Part shown: piece after piece, positions 55,323 through 64,000 of the stretch | How the letters are laid out: every line of letters begins with the position of its first letter | Position numbering within the stretch: position 1 is the stretch's first letter | Assembly (NCBI RefSeq): GCF_009914755.1 | Contig: NC_060936.1 | Direction: 5' to 3' (one strand) | DNA: 64,000 nt | Source of the DNA: the human T2T-CHM13v2.0 reference genome, Homo sapiens | Notes under the pieces: generated by a model | The model's input: the letters and a program-made list of their open reading frames with translations, nothing else | Told to the model about the DNA's origin: nothing | The model's database searches: none | Program-made: the position numbers and the translations under genes

Positions 55323-55713
55323 TGTTAAATCAAATTTAGCCTAAAGGTGACTCCTTACTTAAGTTCAGCCTAAAGGTTTCTCTGTACCTCGCGAATTATA
55401 ACAAGTGGAGGTGTAACCAGACCATAGCCTACATTTGTGCCAATCACCGAGTTTTGGCCAATCAAATGTAGCCAACTGTTCAAACTGTGTTTCAATAAGG
55501 CAAACGCCAAGCTGTAACCAATGCGGCTGTTTCTGTACCTCATTTCTGTTTTCTGTACATCACTTTCCTTCTTCTGTCCATAAATCTTTCATCGCATGGC
55601 TGCACTGGAGTCTCTGAGCCTACTCAGGTTCAGGAGGCTGCCCAATTTGCCAATCGTTCACTGCCCAATTAAACCTTTTTAAATTTAATGTGGTGGAAGA
55701 TTTTCTTTTATCA
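55323..55713 (+). mobile_element. MER57-type ERV1 solo LTR
   Basis: TGTTAAATCAAATTTAGCCTAAAG start, ...CTTTTATCA end, 4-bp TSD GCTC; several CCAAT boxes. Confidence 0.88.
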
Positions 55714-57137
55714 GCTCTGATCCAGAAAACCATCTACTATTTGTTGTTTTTCCTGTTATGTTTTTGCTTTTAGATGTCTTATAATTTCAATCTTTTGCAC
55801 TTTAGAAATAGTCCATAAACAAATCTTAAGTAATTCATTTAGATTGTCTTTTTCTCTCGGGGAATTCCACTACAGATAGTGAAAGAACACCTCCTTTGAT
55901 AGTTTCTTCCTTCCTGTCACCGCAGAGAGAAATTCTATTCCTTACATAGTTAGGGATACTGGAATTGCTACCTTAACACTCAAGCAGCTAATGTAGTCAG
56001 CACATGAATCTGCCTCTGCCATTTTCACTAGAAGAAAAAATTTTACCATCCCGTAATAAAAGCAAAGAAATTTACCTACAAAAATAAAAGACTTTCCAAA
56101 GATAGAACTGATCAGATACAAAATCCCAAAAGAAGATGAACTTTACAGGTAGTGGAAATGGCTAAAATTCTAAAAAAGATTTTCATGTGTGTAAATGTGT
56201 GCAAAGGATTTATGTTTTTTAAAATGTATTATCTTTAGTTTTCATTGGTTTGTCTTTGTTGTGCCTAGATTAGAGTTTCTTTTTGTAGTTTTACTCCTTG
56301 TGGTTCCCAGGTCTTCTTGAATCTGTTGCTTGATTGCTTTCATTCATTTTGGAAAGCTCTCAGCCATTATCTTTTCAAATATTATTTTTGGCTCATGTTC
56401 TTTCTTCTCTCTTCAATCTTCTGGATCTCCCGTAATACATATGTTAGCTCTTCTCATGGTATCCCATACAGCTATTAACCATTCTTATTTTTCTCCATTA
56501 TTATTTTGGATATTTTCTTCTGACCTATCTTCCAATTTTCTAATTCTCTCTTCACATTTGTCTACTGCACACATTTATTATAGTCTTAATTTTTTGTGTT
56601 TTTTGTATTGCATCATATAGTTTCCAATTTTATGCTTAAATTCTCAATTCTGTATTATCTCCTTGAACATAGCAAGCATATATATTTTGAATTCTGTGTC
56701 TGGTAACTGTAATCGTAGAACCTACCTCAGAGAATGTTGTGAAGACTGAATGACAGAAGCCATATAAAGTGATTTGCATAGGGCTGATACAGAGTAAGTT
56801 CTTTTTAGGTAGTAACTATAGGTAGTATATCGTAAAATATATATTAAATACATAGTTCATGTCAAGAAGGAGCAGTTAAAAGAACAGCAGATGACAGTTA
56901 CATATTCAGCCATCATTCTTCAGCTGCAATGCTTAATACTTGTGTGGGTCACCTAGTAAGTCCATTTTATTATCTCTGCAAACTTAGGCCTACCACTCAG
57001 CAGGAAGGTGGGACACTCACAAATAGACTTACATAAAAAAATGAGACAAGATAAAAGTAAAGAGGATTTGACATATGAAAATAGACCAGTCTCACAGAAT
57101 GTTAAAAAAAAGAAAAAAGAAAAAAAAAAACAGTTAG

Positions 57138-57272
57138 AGTCCAGGCATGGTGGTTCATGCCTATAATCCCAGCACTCAGGAAGCTAAGGTGGGAGGATTG
57201 CTTGAGGCCAGGAGTTCGAGATCACCCTATCCAACATAGTGAGACCCCCATATCTATTAATAAAAAAAAAAT
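57138..57272 (+). mobile_element. Alu left monomer (FLAM-like)
   Basis: Monomer followed by an A-tract. Confidence 0.85.
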
Positions 57273-57825
57273 TTTTCAAACCACTTATGCCTCTTTACAT
57301 GTTTCCAACTGGTACCATAATTAAGCAACTTTCAGGAATAGAAAAATACTTCCTTAATATGATTTTTTTAAAAATATCACACACAGAGCCAACATCAACA
57401 ACTGATAGAGACATTTCTATTAAAATGGGGAAGAAAACAAAGCTCCTGATAAAGCCACCATTATTTAAAATTGCACAGGATATTCTCAGCAATGTAGTAA
57501 GATACGAAACAGAAATGACACATAACAACTGGAAGAGTGAATATATTTATCACATTGTAGATTACAATGTTAGACAATATAAGAATACACTGGGAAAACT
57601 AGAGTTAAATTTTAGTGAAGTGCTTGAATGCACCCTATATCTAAAAATCAGTAGGTTTCTTTAAAAATACTATAATTGTGTACCTATTCATAGTACTAGT
57701 TATTATTTATTCTCCCACTCAAACTATCCTATCCCTGTGGCTCAATTCTTCACTGCTCCAATTATTTCTGCAACTTATGATCATTGAGTTAGGCTTTTAT
57801 TTGTCTGCTTAAAATGCCAAAACAC

Positions 57826-58131
57826 GGCCAGGAGCGGTGGCTCATGCCTGTAATCCCACCACTTTGGGAGGCAGAGGCGGGCTGATCACTTGAGTGCAGG
57901 AGTTCAAGACCAGACTGGGCAGCATAGTGAGACCTCGTCCCTACAAAAAAATTTGAAAATTAGCTGGGTGTGGTGGTGTGTGCCTATCATCCCAGCTATT
58001 AGGAAGCTGAGGTGGGAGGACCACCTGAGCCTGGGGAAGTTGACACTGTACAGTGAGCCAAGATCCTACCACTGTGCTCCAGCCTGGGCAACAGGGCAAG
58101 ACCCTGTCTCAAAACAAACAAACAAACAAAA
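57826..58131 (+). mobile_element. Alu (AluJ-like)
   Basis: Dimer with (CAAA)n tail; TSD-like GCCAAAACA/GCCAAGACA. Confidence 0.92.
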
Positions 58132-58956
58132 GCCAAGACAGGAATAAGAGTAATGTAGGAGATTGTGTTAAGACACAGTCACCCAGGAAGGTATATCCTA
58201 CCTTCTTCTGAGTGCTGGAAGAGAATCAGACTGAGATGAGGCTTTTATTTATTCAACACACACTTGTGTATGCACAGACACTGTGCATATTAATTCAGGG
58301 AATACAATGATGCTAGGACTTCTGCTCTCCTGGAGCATGCTGTCTAATGAGAGAAATTAAATAAATGAACCCAAGATAATATTTATTAAGTGCTAGTTGT
58401 GATAAGGTCTGAGAAGAAATAACAGAAAAATAGAAAGTGATGGGGAAAGGGGGTCAAGGAAGAGAGAGAACATAAAATTTAGAGTGAGGGATCAGACTAG
58501 TCTGTCTGAAGAAATGCCATTCAAGTTCACACCTTATGGGCCAGGAAGGGGTTGGTCAGACAAGAGGGATGGGCAGCATCCCTAGAGCAAATAGCAAAGA
58601 GCTAGAAACAAAAGTCTAGTGAGCCAGGGGAAGAATGGTGAGAAGTAAAGATAGAAAGACAGGCAGGATCCACATGATGCAGTCTGTAGAAGCTGGGATG
58701 CTTTCTGCTTCTAATAATAGAAGGACAAATTAAAAAGAGCTCAAACAGTAAGAAGTTTATCATCTAACAAAATAATCACGACATATATTTAAATATATTA
58801 TTATACACATAATAAATACAACATGAAGCCCAACAGTAGGTGGCTCCAGTCTGGCTGCAGGAGTGGGTGGGTCAGCTGCTCAACCACATCTTCAAGGGTG
58901 AAGTTTCTTGTTTCTTTCCCAGCCTCCTGTGCCATGCCTGGGGGTTGTCCCCTTAA

Positions 58957-59330
<374 letters not shown>

Positions 59331-60196
59331 TAAAGAGTAAATAACCCCTCCACAGAAATGCTACTCCACTACTCTGTCCCTTCCCTCTCCTCCTCTCTCT
59401 CAAGCAGGTTTGTGACTTTGTTTCCTTAGATGGCTACAGCCAATGCCTAAAACTACCACTGGCAAAAAGAATGGAATTACTACGATTGGTTTACTTTAAT
59501 TCACCCTGTGGGCCTGATCGCATGACCCAGGAACAATGACACTGAATGCAAGGTTCTTAACCTGGGGCCTATGAACATTTTGGTTAGCATTCAGGAATAT
59601 CTGTGAACTGAGATGGGGAAAGCACTACCCCTTTATTTTTCAACAATCTCTAACTGAAATCGTTAACTGAAATCTTATTTCCTTCCATTATGAAGGTAGG
59701 CAAAAGACTACAGTCATAATAGGAGTGCATGTGATTTTATCACCAATAAAAATCACAGATATTTAATATCACAGTACAGTCACAGTTATGTTGCTTTCCT
59801 GCATTCCCCATCTTCACCTGCTTTTTGATCAATACTTGGAAGGGGTGAGTCAAAGACCATTCCACAGTTTAATGTTCTTATTCACTCTAAGCAACAAAGG
59901 CCTCCACACTAATAGATTTTCTAAAAATGTAAACTTAAACTTAACCAACCTGGAATTTGGTGAATTCTTTCCTTTTTTTTTCTATGCACTATCCTTACTA
60001 CCTCCCCCAGCCTACACTTAACCTGCATTTCTTGTCCTCTCCATCCATACTGCTTCCCATCCCCATCCTATAACCCTTACTGTCTATCTTCAAGTTATTT
60101 ACATGTGTATATAAAAACATAGGAGGCAAGAGATTAAAAACAGAAGCAGAAAACACAGTCTTTTCTCTCTCTCTTTCGCCTTAAATTGTAAAAGTA

Positions 60197-60568
<372 letters not shown>

Positions 60569-61246
60569 TTACTAGAAGTAGGGCTTGGGAGGGTTTCAGG
60601 ACCTCAATGAGCTTAATTTCCCCATTTGTATAATGAACATAATAATAATATCTGCATCACAGATGAGAAAATGCACATGAAGTGCTTATAAAGTGGTGGC
60701 ACACAGTAAGTGACTAATGAAACTTTGTTATTACTAGTATCATGTGAGGAAATTATTCTGACTAAGTGCATAATTTGGTCAACTCTCCATGGCATACATC
60801 ACCCAGTATTCATGTCTGAAGAGATTTTCTTCTTTTGTTGGCCAGCTAAGAAATTTTATTTATTAATGTGTTCAAGAAATACTTACTGAGCCCATACTAA
60901 GTTTCATCCCTTGTATTCAGTAGGGGCTTAGTTAACATCCTGTATAAACACACAATAGAATATGTTATGATGCTTCAGCTAAGGCGAACTCGTTGTATTT
61001 CTACCTATTATCATGGGAAGAGCTCCAATGTCAGAGTATTTAGTGGGAGAAAAAAGTTGCTGACAGTTTATCCGCACTAATTCCATTCTTATAAAATCAC
61101 ATAAACATACACGCAAAAATACTACATATTTTGTATGGATCTCTATATATTATGTAAATGTGCAGAGGAAGTTCTAGACTGGTACTCACCAAATTGGGAC
61201 GGAAACTAAGATTGGAAGTGGGGGAGCCGTTTAAAAGAATGTTAAA

Positions 61247-61547
61247 CGGCCGAGAACCGTGGCTCACACCTGTAATCCCAGCACTTTGGGAGGCCAAGGC
61301 GGGTGGATCACCTGAGGTCAGGAGTTCATGATCAGCCTGGCCAACTTGGTGAAACCCCATCTCTGCTTAAAATACAAAAATTAGCCAGGTGTGGTGATGC
61401 GTGCCTGTAATCCCAGCTACTCAGGAGGCTGAGGCACGAGAATCGCTTGAACCAGGAGGCGGAGGTTGCAGTGAGCCGTGACTGCGCCACTGCACTCCAG
61501 CCTGGGCGACAGAGCGAGACTCCATCTTAAAAAAAAAAAAAAAAAAA
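61247..61547 (+). mobile_element. Alu (AluS)
   Basis: Dimer with poly(A); TSD-like AAAAGAATGTTA/AAAAGAATATTA. Confidence 0.94.
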
Positions 61548-61839
61548 GAATATTAGTCTTATGGGTTATGTTCAAATTTTTACATGAGGATGGAATATAA
61601 TACCCAGATAATATCAAAAAAGCAATGCTGTGGCTCCTGCCAGATTTCCTGGGTATCTAATTGCCACAACCCATGCAATTTCTGACTTCGAATAGATTCG
61701 GTTAACAACTTTAAAAAAAGCCTAATCACACACAGAAGATCCAGTGTTGTCTCTCTTTTCTTCAGTGCCTTGGAGAAAAAGGCAGAGGCATATTTATATA
61801 AGCACACCTACACGACTTCTAAATTTACCCATTTAGAGA

Positions 61840-62045
61840 TGTGCGCGCACAGACACGCTGCCTCCCAGGGAGACGCGCGCCTCGCCGGGGCTGAGGCTGG
61901 CGCTGGGGCTGGCGCTGGGGCTGGGGCTGGGGCTGGGGCTGGGGCTGGGGCTGGGGCTGGCGCTTGGGTCCAGTGCAGCTGCGCGTCTTCCTCCATCCGG
62001 CGCCAGCCCGAGTCCGCACCTTCCATCCTTTCGTCGGCTGGACCC
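61840..62045. promoter_or_regulatory. Small CpG-rich, island-like element (candidate promoter or enhancer)
   Basis: About 19 CpGs in about 200 bp of apparently non-TE sequence in a CpG-depleted window; palindromic GTGCGCGCAC; TATA-like TATATAAG at about 61795. Confidence 0.5.
61887..61964. repeat. (GGGGCT)n hexanucleotide repeat, 13 units (7 consecutive pure)
   Basis: GGGGCT GAGGCT GGCGCT GGGGCT GGCGCT (GGGGCT)7 GGCGCT. Confidence 0.97.
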
Positions 62046-62659
62046 TTAACAATGTCAGACTAGAGGAAGCAAGTTTAAAAGTCATGGGTGACAATTTTCA
62101 CTTCCAATACGTGGGATGCTGAAGATCTGAGGTCCAGCCGTGCTCCTCCTCTGGCTTGCTCTGTGGTCCTGGCAAATCAGATTAACTTTCAGGCCTGGGT
62201 CAAGCGGAGGGGATGATGCGAAATGCTGTCAATCGGTTCATAGAGGAAACTTTGAAAATGCTGAGTCCTTAGAAAGCAGCAATGGTTTTACATGGTTATA
62301 AAGCACACTCCTTAGTGAGTTTCTACACACACGCAATGTATGTATTTTGGAAACATCCAATTATATTTCTGTGTATGGCATATTCTAAATTCTATGTCAG
62401 CATAAATAATATGATGTATATCTACAGTGTTTATGTATGTGCATAATTTTGTGTACATAAACATTGTATTTATGTAACACGCACATTTGAAGTGTCTATT
62501 AAATGTATATATTAATATATTTGCAAAGTTTTATCTCTTGTTCATGTCACAAATATAAACTCTACTGGGTGTTCATAATTAATATATAATGGCTATCAGC
62601 AAAGCCTATGTGTATAAACTGCATAATTTATAATGATGCAGACATGAGGTATCTTTAAT

Positions 62660-62775
62660 ATAGGACTAGTAACGTATAAAGGTAAAGCAAACAAGGTGCT
62701 TAGGGTGCAAAATCTGAGGAGTCCACCGCTCAGGTTCCTGCAAAGGCCGCTTGTCTCACCCTAGTACTGGTCCTG
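62660..62775. mobile_element. MER96-like hAT MITE
   Basis: TAGGGTGCAAAAT and terminal CTTGTCTCACCCTAGTACTGGTCCTG. Confidence 0.5.
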
Positions 62776-64000
62776 ATAAAAATGCCAGTTTCTCTTATTA
62801 TCTTCATCGCAACCAGAAACTATTACTCATTACTAAGTGCCAGGCACTGTTTTATGCACTTTAAATATATTAACCAAGCTAAAGAAATGTCATGACTACA
62901 AATAACATGAATTCTAAGTGAATTACAGGAAGTTGTGACTAACAAGTAAAATGTTTTGAAAGCCGTAACTCAAAAGTCCCAGCTAGACATGGCCTCTAAT
63001 GAAGACTTCTGCAGTGAAGTGATGAGTCCATATCTCCCAGGAAGTCATGGCACCTAAGCTAAATCCAGCAGTCTTTCCTGTACATTAATTGTTTTTCTTT
63101 AATACACACTGTATCAAGGGTTCTACTGATCTCTCTCCACATTGGAGCAGCGTGGCAGGATATACGCTCCAAAACTTTCTGCCTAGATGATGGACAGACT
63201 TCAAAAAGAAGAATGATATGTATTTTCATTTTCTATATTACCGTTACTACTTTCAAAACTGAGGTAGATAATGGAGCTTATGATAGTCTAACTGTACTTC
63301 AACAAGATAATATGTTTATATTTAAACTCATTCAGAGACCAAGGAAGGGGGATTTACAGAACATATTATCTAGTATCTAGCTACAGGTGATTTACTGTTG
63401 TTCACTGAAATGCAGTTGAAGCACAAGATGGATAATAATATTATATTGTGGTATATATCCTGTTCACATCAGACCTTCGTAATAAAAGCCGAACACCAAT
63501 CTACAGAACCTGTCTTAAATCTGCCATCTAAGATACTGATTGTAAAATAAAATGATCAAAGTGCAGTTTATCTCTATACTGCCTTCCCCTGAGATAGTGG
63601 TATGCAAAGAACTTCCTATTTTTTAATTTATTTACATTCAGTCAACAGAAACATAAATTAAATTAAAAACCTCAGTGTTATGCAGACTGAATAAAGCATA
63701 CCTAATATGTTGCTAAGTAGACTTTTTTAAGGTATTGCAGACTACAGCTTGTATTGTATTTTTATCCAGTGCACCTTTCACTACCTACCAACAACAAAAT
63801 ATGCTGATAAAAATAATAGATTAAAATGAATTTTGCAAACCAGCAATTTCACATGCTACACTCCTGCTGAGAATAAACAGTTTTTACTGGCTCTTTTTAT
63901 TTGACACATGAAATCCAGTATTCCTGCCAACTGATTTCATTTTAAATAATTTCCTAAGGACCCAATGGAAAAAGACCATAAAGGAGTTAACATTGAATAG

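Noticed and set aside
57239-57664. 141-aa ORF
   Set aside because: Starts in an Alu monomer and runs into degraded L1-like sequence; no host-gene similarity recognised.

Overview
Primate (human-like) intergenic or intronic DNA, AT-rich and dominated by interspersed repeats: about 22 Alu/Alu-monomer copies, old L1/L2/MIR fragments, MaLR/ERVL/ERV1 LTRs and hAT MER elements. I can support no host protein-coding exon; the supplied ORFs are Alu-, L1-, ERV- or VNTR-derived or short chance frames. Four things stand out. (1) A 1.44 kb SVA2-type element (SVA VNTR, short unique 3' end, poly(A), 16-bp TSD, no Alu-like or SINE-R domain) sits antisense inside an ERV-L integrase and has a 119-bp three-unit higher-order repeat. 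(2) The host ERV-L lacks its 5' half but keeps an intact 3' MLT2 LTR and splits a MIR with almost no flank loss. (3) A perfect, tailless U6 (nt 1-70) retrocopy has a 17-bp TSD overlapping the U6 ISL loop. (4) A small non-TE CpG-rich patch holds a (GGGGCT)n repeat and a strong-Kozak antisense ORF reading through it as poly(Ala-Pro). I see no convincing new biological system. Repeat subfamily names are from recalled consensus sequences and need RepeatMasker/Dfam confirmation; boundaries of old repeats are approximate.
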